Below, piece after piece: positions 12,334-24,100 of a DNA stretch of 64,000 nucleotides. The notes under the pieces are model-generated. The model did no database searches, was not told the DNA's origin, and saw nothing but the letters and a program-made list of their open reading frames with translations. Within the stretch, counting starts at the first letter, position 1. Every line of letters begins with the position of its first letter. The position numbers and the translations under genes are program-made. Origin of the DNA: Nemertoderma westbladi (Eukaryota > Animalia > Xenacoelomorpha); assembly GCA_032718475.1 (NCBI GenBank), contig JAUCBJ010004906.1, positions 1-64,000 of the forward strand. The letters are read 5' to 3'.

Positions 12334-14772
12334 ATGTCTGTCGGAAGAGCTGAAGCTCTGTTATTGTTCAAAGAAATTGTAAAGGACATTGAAGAATCAT
12401 CTGGTAATATAAATCGTATGAAAAACACGATAGAAAGACTAACTCAAATAATTATCGATTCTACAAGTAAGAACAAACTTCTACTGGATTATGTAGGGGA
12501 GATGTTAGCTAAACTCATTCTTTGTCTCAATGTCGAAACGGCTAATTGTTACAGTCGGGAGTTGAATAAACTCCTCACTACTCCACATCCCATCGTGTTT
12601 ACCGCTCTGTGTCAGATTATATCGACGTCGGATAAATTATACCGACAAACTGTCTGTCTGAACGCTCTAGAGCTATTCATAACGGGTCCGTCTATAGTGA
12701 ACCTTTTTATTGATCAGTGCGGAAAGACTACAGATTTACGAAGTGAACCGGAGATGAATCTCTTAGTTCGAAGTTTAGTTAAACTTCCGGATAAATTGTC
12801 GACTATTCGATGTAAACAACTATCTTCAGCTCTACTCCATAAGAACTACTTTAAACATGTCGGTAAGGCCATCCTACACTGTTTAGGGAGAAAGGTCCAC
12901 TATAACTCGGTGTTTCTATCTGCGGTTGTTGGTCATTGCTTCTCGGCTGGGAACGGCCTCCATCTCGGTTCCGTTATATTTCCCTCCATCGTCCGACGGG
13001 CCGGGCTACCGGACAACTCTTATAAATACTGCCAACTGTTACGTAACATCGAGGACAGCCATAAGGAGTCCGTGTTTACTTACCTGGTTAATATGGCCCC
13101 TTCCTCTCACTGCTTGGAGATTTTACTTGGAGATTCTGTTGCTGAAAACTCAAAAACTAAATTTCTATTTTGCAATAAGTTTTTGTTTGTTAAAGTTTTA
13201 CCGAAGGACTGTTCGATCAGATGTATCATTGGTTATCTAAGTTCTACTTGTTACGAATTATTTTGGCGAGTTTTTGTCGACCTTTTGTCGACTTGGATGA
13301 GTCCAACCGCGATCACCCACACGGACTACAAACAACAACTCTACGTCGCTAAATGCATCTTGTGTTGTCTGACATCGGTCTCAACCGTCGACCGGGACTC
13401 TAAAGCTCCCGCCGTTATGGATATGCTACTCACCGGAGTCGGCAATCACCTCAGCAACCCGGATCACAACATCGCGAAACTCGGTATGCTGGTTGCCGAG
13501 TCTGTCTGCGCGGTGTTTAACATCGGCGATACGGAACCGCTGAAGTTTCAATATGATGAAGACGTCAATACTGTTGCTTTGAAGGCGATGTTGGAAACTG
13601 AAAGCGTTGATGTGAATGGTTTATCAGAGACTTGCGAAGATCTTGATACCGAACAGCTTTGGAATAAGAATGAAGTTACAAACGAAAATCCATCAGTTTG
13701 TCAAACATCAGGAATGCCGTCTGTAGGTGATGATGAGTTAGATTCTGACGATGATCTAGTGCCTTACGATTTAAGCAACGACACTCCAACCACTAAAACT
13801 AAACGACCTTTCTACCTTAGAGATTGCGTTGAATATTTAGTTAACCACGAAAAAATAGAGCGAGTGGAATTGGCGCTGATCCACACAGAGGATGTTATTA
13901 GGGCCGCCGAGGTAGATCAGGTTGAGGAAGTGATAGAGGACCTGCTGAGGACGTTACTGCATCTGGATTACGCGTTCGCTAGCGACCACGACCTGTCCCG
14001 GTGCCGGTTCCAGGCGATGCTAGCCGCCTCCACCGCCTGTCCAATCAGCGCCGCCCAGTACCTGACCACGGAGTTCTACTCCCCCAATATGACGATCCAA
14101 CTGCGACTCGATATTCTCGAGGTCTTCACCGCCACCGCTCAGACTCTGTCCGCGGTCCAACTACCAGACGAAGTTGTCGCGGTTAAGGACCACATCAAGC
14201 CGCTAGTCGGCGTGGACAGACCCGTCTGGAAGGAGCTGGTGGATCTTCGGATCGAACAGAAAACCAAGCGATATAATTCGCGATTATTCGGCGCGCACAA
14301 ACCCAAATACATCTCGAATAGGTTCGCCCAGGTTGTTGGCTATTTCTTCTACCCGTTGCTGCGCTGTTTCGATGAGTCGATCCCCACGCTGGATCTATTA
14401 GACCGGGACTCCCTCGTTCTCGGCCGTCTGCTCTACACGCTGGGCGTCATGGTCTACTCCGCGAGTAGTGCGCCATCTACCGGGGCCATCACTAAGTCTA
14501 TGTTGCAATTCGTGTTGGCGCTGCGCGGCCACAAGGTTGCGTACGTTCAGCAGGCCTTGCTGTTCGCCGTCTGCGCTACATTGTATTGCGTGAAGGAGAG
14601 CAGCTCTTGCGTCGACCAATTAGACGCCGAGTTAATGGATGTTAATAGTTGGTTGGCTCAAGTGGCTGCCAACGCATCCAATACTCAATCCCGTAGGGTT
14701 TCTATTGAGTGCCACAAACTATTAACTAATATATTAATTAATGAAATGACCCCCGCTGTTACAGGAAGCTAA
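12334..14772 (+). CDS. TELO2: Telomere length regulation protein TEL2 homolog (TTT complex), single exon
   Basis: 812-aa ORF; LGMLVAE, ELDSDDDLVPYDLSND (CK2/PIH1D1-binding motif), PFYLRDC, YLTTEFYSPNMTIQLRLDIL, NRFAQVVGYFFYPLL. Confidence 0.95.
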   Translation: MSVGRAEALLLFKEIVKDIEESSGNINRMKNTIERLTQIIIDSTSKNKLLLDYVGEMLAKLILCLNVETANCYSRELNKLLTTPHPIVFTALCQIISTSDKLYRQTVCLNALELFITGPSIVNLFIDQCGKTTDLRSEPEMNLLVRSLVKLPDKLSTIRCKQLSSALLHKNYFKHVGKAILHCLGRKVHYNSVFLSAVVGHCFSAGNGLHLGSVIFPSIVRRAGLPDNSYKYCQLLRNIEDSHKESVFTYLVNMAPSSHCLEILLGDSVAENSKTKFLFCNKFLFVKVLPKDCSIRCIIGYLSSTCYELFWRVFVDLLSTWMSPTAITHTDYKQQLYVAKCILCCLTSVSTVDRDSKAPAVMDMLLTGVGNHLSNPDHNIAKLGMLVAESVCAVFNIGDTEPLKFQYDEDVNTVALKAMLETESVDVNGLSETCEDLDTEQLWNKNEVTNENPSVCQTSGMPSVGDDELDSDDDLVPYDLSNDTPTTKTKRPFYLRDCVEYLVNHEKIERVELALIHTEDVIRAAEVDQVEEVIEDLLRTLLHLDYAFASDHDLSRCRFQAMLAASTACPISAAQYLTTEFYSPNMTIQLRLDILEVFTATAQTLSAVQLPDEVVAVKDHIKPLVGVDRPVWKELVDLRIEQKTKRYNSRLFGAHKPKYISNRFAQVVGYFFYPLLRCFDESIPTLDLLDRDSLVLGRLLYTLGVMVYSASSAPSTGAITKSMLQFVLALRGHKVAYVQQALLFAVCATLYCVKESSSCVDQLDAELMDVNSWLAQVAANASNTQSRRVSIECHKLLTNILINEMTPAVTGS

Positions 14773-16123
14773 TCTGTACAATTAGAAATCAGGATATTTC
14801 ACCCTAAAGATAAAAACCCAGATCCCAATAATTGGTCTTACTAATTATTTATAATATTATGCAACAGATATTCCCGGGCCGCTTCTCCTGTATGATAAAT
14901 GTTCTTAACAGCTATAATATATTCTAGGTGCTCTTTGATTGGGCAGATAATTGTCATTATAATCGTCACCATGGCAATATGATTGTAAACAAATTCAAAA
15001 GTCACTTATTTTGATAGACTTCGTCGTCTTGAAGCGTAACGTTCGCATAAAGAATAAACGTTCTGAGTAGTAAGATCACATTTATTTCCACATAAAGCTA
15101 AACGAAATATTTTTAGCATCAGTTAACATATAAATATAACAACTATATTTGTAATAATAACACTAACGTAACCATTAATGACTAGGTAAGTAAATAGCTC
15201 CATACAGTAGCTGTACATACATAAGTAATACTGCTAGGCCTATATCGCACCAAATTGCACTAGATCTACATTATTTAACACTTTGGCCCGGGCCGGGGGG
15301 TCAATTTATAAACTTTTTGTAATTTTCCTGTATCTTGGATACAGATTCGATGTAAAAACTGATAACTGAGGGCACCATCACCAAGATTATAGTTTTTTTG
15401 GCCAGCTAAAATAAACTAATTGGGGGTAATTATAGGTTTTTTGGATGCTGATCACGATTACGAAACTCAAATATAATATACGAATACGAGACCATTTCTC
15501 GTAATTTGCTATGTGGGTGCACCAATGTGCACGAAAAAACAAGAAGGGCAAATTTGAAATAAAAAATCATCACAAAATCAACCTGAATTTATGACCTTAT
15601 GGATTTTCTGGGATGCTGAACACGAATATGACACTCAAACAATCTCATCTGTTCTGGTATTTTTGCCCACGTGGGACGAAAAATCAGAATTATCTAACCA
15701 TATTCAAATTTTAGCAGTTTTACATTTTATGCTACTTGTATTTTTCGTCCCTCCAGAAATTTTGTAATGATCAGCGACCTCGGAAACCCTTATACCTTCA
15801 GAATTATAATTTTTCAGCCAAAATATGAGAAAAACAAAAAATTTATAAAATTATACGGCCAATTACGTTAAAAAATTAACCCGGGCCAAATAAGAAGCAA
15901 AACAATCAATTGCACATAAAATATATGAATATAATTGGCACATTATAAAACTATTGAAACAAATAATCGTGATAATAATTATTATAGGTACAGACAGCAC
16001 TGCCCGCGTAATGTATTTATTATAAGAACTATTATAATAATACGAATTGTCTATAGTAATAATATATTCCATGTATTACTCCTGTCAAGGAGTTGACCTT
16101 TTCTTACATTTAATACAATAAAG

Positions 16124-16247
16124 TGGTACCGGTGTACCGGTACCGGTGTTCCGGTACCGGTGTACAGTAGGTGCCGGTATCTGTTCCGGTACCGGTGTTC
16201 CGGTACCGGTGTTCCGGTACCGGTGTTCCGGTACCGGTGTTCCGGTA
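16124..16247. repeat. 14-bp palindromic minisatellite (CCGGTACCGGTGTT)n
   Basis: Directly visible. Confidence 0.85.
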
Positions 16248-17571
16248 CAGAAATGCAAAGGAAATCATTTTTTGAGCTAATCCTTTGCAATGGAATAAAA
16301 CGTTGGTTCTTCAATGAAATCGTATATCGATACAAATAATAAATAACAGTTTTAGCAATAAACAAAAATGTAAATAAACATAGATGTCATGGTGACACAT
16401 TACCAAACTAGACAATAACAACAACAACTGCTTTAAATCAACTACACAATGCAATAATACGCAATACCGTGTGTTTCCTTTGGTACATCGGTTTCTTAAC
16501 TGAACTGATTTAATGACTCTTTGGACGATCAATATATGTGATTAATAAATTGGTATTCCGAAGTGTACCGAAAATGCGTACTAATTAATACGTGGCAATG
16601 CGGGCACTGTAAATAGAACAACAATAATCCCTGTACCACAATATTATACAGATAAGGTTACAAACTCAGTGGTACCTTGGTCCGGGGTTACTTGGTACCT
16701 GATATGATATTGGTATGGATGGATAATCACAAATTAATTTTGTTACATTATGTCAACTTAACTGCGTTCTGGTGAATTACTCTTAACGCTGCAAAGTAAT
16801 CAATGACATGGAAACAACTTAAATTACCGTATTCCAGAATGTATTATTTCCACTTATGTTAATGAGTGCTGCTTTATTATCCAGTTTGCAGTGACGGGAC
16901 TAGCTACTGAATGTAAATAATTGTTTAACGTGTAATTGACTGTATTCTATACGTCCTATAGAAGACATTTTAGAGAAAATGACGAAAGAAAACTATAGGC
17001 AAGATGGATTAATGATTTATCACATCCATGCAGGAGATAACTTCCAATAAACTTTAATTAGATTTAAATTTATAATTTATACTTTGTACATGTTAATTAA
17101 TTTCACTTATATTCGATATAGTACATGATTAAACTGTTTAAATGAACATCCATAAAATCCTTTCTTCACTTACCGAACGCTGATAAGTTGACATAATGTA
17201 ACAAAATTACATACATCATTGCTGGCAAAGGTCACTCTTCAGGATTAAAGACACTTGTTTATTGATGTAAACCTCCCTCGCTGCGCTCGCTCGGTACGTA
17301 AATAAACTCGGGTCATAACGCTTCAAAGTGCTACTTTACACAGAATGATATATATTGTTATATAAAACAAGAACTTATCATTATCACCCCGACATAACTT
17401 ACATAAGATATAACTTGATATAAAAACTAAAACCGCAAATTATAAATTATTACGTGGTACTCACCTCACATTCATATGTAAATAATAGGTACATCAATGT
17501 ACGTGTGTAGAATATACCGGTACCCTACAAGGTGTATAATATTTACTAACTGTATTAAGTACAAGAATTAG

Positions 17572-17819
17572 AGATAACAGAGAGAGGGGGAGGGAGGGGG
17601 GATTGGACGCAAATTAATCTCGGCGAATTAATAATATCTCGTGTCCAATGAAAAATAATCAATTATGTAGGTGAGCAGGTTAGAGTGGCATGTTATTCCA
17701 ACTAAAACAATAAACTAAAGTCAATGAAACAGGTTTACAGTTTCATTTTTGAGAGTAATCAGCTGTTATTTGCGTTGATTTTTATTGCGTCGAAAGCCAC
17801 CCCCCCCCCCACCCTATCT
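17572..17819. mobile_element. Poly-G/poly-C TIR MITE (copy 2), just downstream of the unc-79 stop
   Basis: Shares AAACAATAAACTAAA..GAGTAATCAGCTGTTATTTGCGT body and CCCTATCT end with copies 1 and 3. Confidence 0.7.
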
Positions 17820-17851
17820 ACTAATGAATTAATTAATTTAATTAATTAATT

Positions 17852-17970
17852 AGCGGAACTCTGTAGTTCCAACACATTCACAGTGTGTAGAACTGGGTAG
17901 CAGCGGAACTCTGTAGTTCCAACACATTCACAGTGTGTAGAACTGGGTAGCAGCGGAACTCTGTAGTTCC
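17852..17970 (-). repeat. 50-bp tandem repeat (2.4 copies) spanning the unc-79 stop codon
   Basis: AGCGGAACTCTGTAGTTCCAACACATTCACAGTGTGTAGAACTGGGTAGC repeated exactly. Confidence 0.9.
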
Positions 17971-18184
17971 ACCGTACCAATACGGAACTGAATCCGTTTC
18001 AGACAGGTTAGCAGCACCTGTTTGGGGTCGGAGTCCACCTTATTGATTCGAGGGGGAGATGAGTTGAGAAGGGATTGTAGTCTCAGTTGGAGACCTCCAG
18101 CGAGCTTGGATTGGTTGCTATAGAGAATCGGTTGCCATAGCGGCAATAGGAGGGTGAGAGCGGACGAGCTGCATTCATGTAATC
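17928..18184 (-). CDS. unc-79: UNC-79 last exon ([19 protein letters not shown]...[10 protein letters not shown])
   Basis: TTGTAG|GA acceptor; UNC79-like C-terminus and stop. Confidence 0.88.
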
Positions 18185-21100
18185 CTACAAAATAGTAAAA
18201 TTTAATTGAATTTATAATAATATTTATTTTCCATTACACTTAGCAAATGTAACTTACATTCTATTACACTTAGTAAATGTAACTTACCTTCCATTACACT
18301 TAGTAAATGTAACTTACCTTCCATTACACTTAGTAAATGTAACTTACCTTCCATTACACTTAGTAAATGTAACTTACCTTCCATTACACTTAGTAAATGT
18401 AACTTACCTTCCATTACACTTAGTAAATGTAACTTACCTTCCATTACACTTAGTAAATGTAACTTACCTTCCATTACACTTAGTAAATGTAACTTACCTT
18501 CCATTACACTTAGTAAATGTAACTTACCTTCCATTACACTTAGTAAATGTAACTTACCTTCCATTACACTTAGTAAATGTAACTTACCTTCCATTACACT
18601 TAGTAAATGTAACTTACCTTCCATTACACTTAGTAAATGTAACTTACCTTCCATTACACTTAGTAAATGTAACTTACCTTCCATTACACTTAGTAAATGT
18701 AACTTACCTTCCATTACACTTAGTAAATGTAACTTACCTTCCATTACACTTAGTAAATGTAACTTACCTTCCATTACACTTAGTAAATGTAACTTACCTT
18801 CCATTACACTTAGTAAATGTAACTTACCTTCCATTACACTTAGTAAATGTAACTTACCTTCCATTACACTTAGTAAATGTAACTTACCTTCCATTACACT
18901 TAGTAAATGTAACTTACCTTCCATTACACTTAGTAAATGTAACTTACCTTCCATTACACTTAGTAAATGTAACTTACCTTCCATTACACTTAGTAAATGT
19001 AACTTACCTTCCATTACACTTAGTAAATGTAACTTACCTTCCATTACACTTAGTAAATGTAACTTACCTTCCATTACACTTAGTAAATGTAACTTACCTT
19101 CCATTACACTTAGTAAATGTAACTTACCTTCCATTACACTTAGTAAATGTAACTTACCTTCCATTACACTTAGTAAATGTAACTTACCTTCCATTACACT
19201 TAGTAAATGTAACTTACCTTCCATTACACTTAGTAAATGTAACTTACCTTCCATTACACTTAGTAAATGTAACTTACCTTCCATTACACTTAGTAAATGT
19301 AACTTACCTTCCATTACACTTAGTAAATGTAACTTACCTTCCATTACACTTAGTAAATGTAACTTACCTTCCATTACACTTAGTAAATGTAACTTACCTT
19401 CCATTACACTTAGTAAATGTAACTTACCTTCCATTACACTTAGTAAATGTAACTTACCTTCCATTACACTTAGTAAATGTAACTTACCTTCCATTACACT
19501 TAGTAAATGTAACTTCGCTTCCTTTGTCGCAGACCCATCTTTATTGAAGGACAGTAGATGAAGGATATTGGGTATGATCCGTCCCCAGAATTCCAACATA
19601 GCAACGTTGCCATGGTAACATTCGTCCACGTTGGAACTAGATGAAGCTGATTGCATTGCCATGCCAACACGCTCGCAATAAATGGTCCAAAGTTGGCAGG
19701 CCATGAAGGCCTGGTAGAGACTAGACATGTGTATCACGGTGAACTTGGATTGGTCTGCAGTTCCAGCCAGAATAACCTAAAGTTCAAACATAAATATTGG
19801 GAGTCAATCTTAGTGACAACGACATCAACAGTTGTTACTGAATTAAACATATAGTTTTATTTCTTTCTCTTTCTTTTTTATCTCTTCAATGTATAAAAAG
19901 TGAGTGATAATTATTGTATGATCAATAAGATTAACCACTAACCTGTACATATTCAGCGATATTGGAGCCCATATCCAGGGGGATGGGCTGACATAGCATA
20001 TCGTTATCCGTCGACATGGCGTAATGGAACAGACTCCCCATAAGCAACCACACGAGGACGCGGATGTGGCTGATACAGTCGAGGAGCTCCCGAGGGCTCT
20101 GCTGGATGGCTGGGGTAGAGCTGATCCAGGGTAGATAGCGGGTTAGGGTGCGACTACCCATACGGGTCAGCTCTAGGGACACGATCTGGGCGATTCCAGA
20201 CTTCAGTTGGCCACCCAGAGTATCTTCGTTTAAATTGTAACCAGTTTGACTCTTTATATTCGCTTTGACCTGGAATATAACAAGAAAATGGAATGAATGA
20301 TTGAGCAAGTTGTTTGTTTATCTCAAATATTATCAAATTTTACTAAATGTACGCACGAGAGGGGGGGGGGGGTCTATTATCTTGTGGTACTGCATATTGT
20401 GTTGGGTTCAGCCAACGTTGGGGACGCTAAAGAGCAACAAAAATGTACATTTTGAAATTTTTTTTGTCTCCCTCTACCGAGCGGAGGAATTAAATATTTC
20501 ACTAAAAACGTGTGTTCGGTGTTAATCGGTTAGCAATGCTTGGCACTATGGATTCATAACCACTCACTAAAATTATCAATATGGGGGTTTTCGGTGTCGG
20601 TGAATTTAATTCCTGGTCAGTTTTAATATTTGGTGGTAACTAATATGTCTGTTTGACGGTTTGTCTGTCTGACTGTCTTCTAAATTATGGCGGACAAACT
20701 GGTAGACAGATAGACAGCGATAACTCGAGAACTAAAAAAATATATCGCTTAGCCGTTTTAAGATTTGTTTAAGTTTCTAAATTCTGCATCAGATGAAATA
20801 AACAACAAAACATGTAAAAATGTGAAAATTTAACCCCCAGGATGTGATAATCTCCCCCCCCCCCCCCCCCCTAAACAAATACACTCTCTTAATTAACTCC
20901 ACGCTTGTTTGTATTGTCACATTTTATCATCCTCGTGGCTTTATTATCTCTCACTTTCTAACTTTGTTTCAGTTTAACCCCTACTAGTTGGAAAGAATTT
21001 AGTTTCAATTTAAAACAATCTACTATAATTGTTCTAAATAATTTAGTTTCAGTTTAACACAATCTAATATGTAGTTGGAAGAACTTAGTATCTGTTAGGA

Positions 21101-24100
21101 ACCATCTATTATGCCATTAAAATAATAACTCACCTTGGTAGCGGCGTGGGGATCGGTAATAAAGTCGATGAGTTCACTGAGGAAGCTCTGTATGCAATCG
21201 GAAGCGTTGGTCTGACTTCCGTACTGACTCGATACATTAAACGATTCGTCCACGATCTCGGACAACGGAAGTCGCCCGCCGCTGTCGAGACAAACGAACT
21301 GAACCATCGCCATTAAGTTTACGTCCGACGGTGTCGTTTTAAATCGCAACGCGTTCACCAGTTCGAGTACGACGCAGCGAGCGAGATGACTCTTCTCGCG
21401 ATCGCGAGGGAACCCGTGGAAGGAGAGGATGCAGACATCGACGAGGGATTGGAGGGAGAATCGGGACCGCTGGATGAACCCGGCGAGGAGTTTCCCGCAA
21501 GGTTCGAGTAGACAACGGAGGCTGGAGGAGGAGGAAGGAACCCGGAAGAGAACGATTAGGATACGCATGACGTTGGTAGTCGAGAGAACATAGTCGAGAG
21601 CCGTGAGGAGCTTCCGGAAGAACGTGTCGAAGTGGCTGACAAGACCACTGAAAGGAGTTCCGCACTCGATGTGGATGGCCTCCATATAATCCGCAGTGTT
21701 CGACAATATTAGGGAAAGTTCGTAGGAAGGTAGGGATTTCTTGTCGTTTAAATCTTCAAGTAAAATATATAGGGGATCAAGGGTAGAGAGTTCTGGGAAG
21801 TCCAGGAGACATTGGGCCAACGTGGACCAGAAATCCGGCTCGTCTAGGCGACTCTGGAAGAGCAACGGAACGATTCCGTACGGGACGAGGCGATGTATCG
21901 CGCAGCGGACGAACTGCCGCGCGACATTCTGCGCGGTCGCCGGGGTGTGACTGCGACTCTCGTGCTGGAAGTTGTAGGTGGGATGTGCGGCGACCCTCGC
22001 AACGGCCTGGAGGGCGTCAAGCATGTAGGGAGCGGCGAGTCCGGGATCCCGATGGACGAACATCCCGAGAACCACGATGGTGAGTCCCACCGTCTCGTCG
22101 TCGTACTGCTCGATGAGTCCGCGGCACTCGGGACAACGCTCGCCTAGCAACGACACGTCGTCTGTAGCCAACTCCTCCTCCTGGAACCGCGCCGACATGC
22201 TGTACACGCTGCTGTGCCGACTCGAGGACTGACTGCTCTTCCTACTGGACGGGACCGACAGCAGTGTCCCTACGGACCCCGCGGCTGAACCGCGTTCGTA
22301 GGAGCGCGCCGCGTTGCTCACCCCCTGTCGACGCTGTCGGTACCGCTGTCGGAATTTGTGGGCGGCGCCCTCCTGTCCGACGCCGATCTTGCCGACCCCC
22401 GGATCCCCGTCCTCCCCTCCCGACTCCATATCGTCGCTACTCCGACTCGCGGACATCCCGATCGGCCGGCGTTCCCGGTCGCTTGTCGCCCCGGAATCTT
22501 CTGTCGACGTCGACTTCTGGGCGCGACTTAGAGTCGGCGAGGAGCTCCGTTTAATCGGCGAAGGCTCCGCAGTTTCGAAATCATCCAGACTCAACAACGG
22601 CGTCGGTTCTAACGGCCTCACTTCCAACGAGTTCTTTGGAAACCGCTCGCTTCGCTCCTTGTCAGTCTCCTCGCTACACCCCGCATCTCCGGTGAGCGGA
22701 CGACCAACCTTATCGGATCGAGAATCGACTCGCTGAATGAAACTCGATGAGGCGTACCACGGTGTCTCGCTAGCGACGGCGAACGGCGTCGCCTTGCCAA
22801 CCGTCGGTTCGCTAACCGCCTTCACGCAGCCCACCGACAACGGGACAAGCGTCTCCTCGGTAAGACATCCCGCTTCTTCCGAGAGACCTCGAGAATCCTT
22901 CAAAAGGCGACGGGACTCATCAGAAACGCTGGACTCCTCTGGGAGACTACGAGACTTCTCGGGGAAGTGCTCCGAACGACGAGAGAGGCGACGGGATTCC
23001 TCCGGGAAGCGTTTCGGATCTTCCGGGAAGCGAACCCTCGGCAACTCTTTGACGGGGACGAGACACACGGTATCCTCATCCTCGTCCCACTCGACGCAGC
23101 TGTCCCGATCCGTCGTGGAATCCAACCCGCGGTACGAGTAGGACGGCGACGAGTTACTCGAGTCCTCCTCCACGGAAAACGGGAGCACCGTCTCGGTAAC
23201 AGTGGCAACCTCGTAGCGCACCGAGTCCGCGAACAGCGGTTCCAACATCTCGACGCGTTCGTTCGCCGGCATATCGTCCGCCCCGGCGATCGTGCACTGC
23301 GCCACGTGGCACACAGACTGGTCCAGGATGGAACGCGACGGTGTCGACACTCCGATGTGTCCGGATATCGCGCCTGTACGTCCGGATATCGGGCCCGGGT
23401 GTCCGGACACCACGCACGAGGTGACGCCGAACACGGGCTGCACGGATGCGACCTCGTCAACCAATGACTGGGTCCCGCGTACATCCCGGGTGGTTACGAT
23501 GCTGGACCGAGCGGCTACGGCGGTCCCCTGGACGGCCACCGCTCGGTACAGATCGTCCGTCGATCGCTCCGTCCTAATCGACACGGGTTTCTTACGTTTG
23601 TGGACCCCAACTTGTACACGGCCGCTCCCCGCCATGCTGACCACGGTGGACTGCTGGTCTCGCGATCCCGCAGTCGACGCCGGCGGCAGTGCTGCTCTCC
23701 TATTGGTTACTTCGGATTGGGTCTCAACGCTTCCTGATTTTATATCGCCGGCTGAAACTGAAGACTTGATATCATCTCTCTTCCCATCCAATGGGTTATC
23801 TAAATAACAATTAATTAATTAATATATTCACATTAATTGAATATCCCAATAATGCAGCATACATTTTGGTCAAAGCAAACTAAGATGCCATTAAATCCAG
23901 TAAAATATAAACAGCCATTTAAAATAGTAATTAATACAACAAAATTAATTTAACATAAAACAACAAATAAAATAATTAATTAATGAAACAATCACTAATT
24001 AACCAAACAATCACATTTACCTGGTTCACTTTCCGCCCCTCTATAATCGGTTCGGGAATGAATTCGCTTCGACGAAGCTCCAACATGTCGAAACATTTTC

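Noticed and set aside
15274-15892. piggyBac-like element (TTAA, TTTGGCCCGGG/CCCGGGCCAAA)
   Set aside because: Only an 11-bp inverted match and no right-hand TTAA; plausible old DNA transposon but not supportable.
17270-17320. CTCGCT..GCTCGGT motif also at 34043, 41710 and 53640
   Set aside because: Probably the end of a dispersed repeat family (Crypton-like), but boundaries could not be defined.
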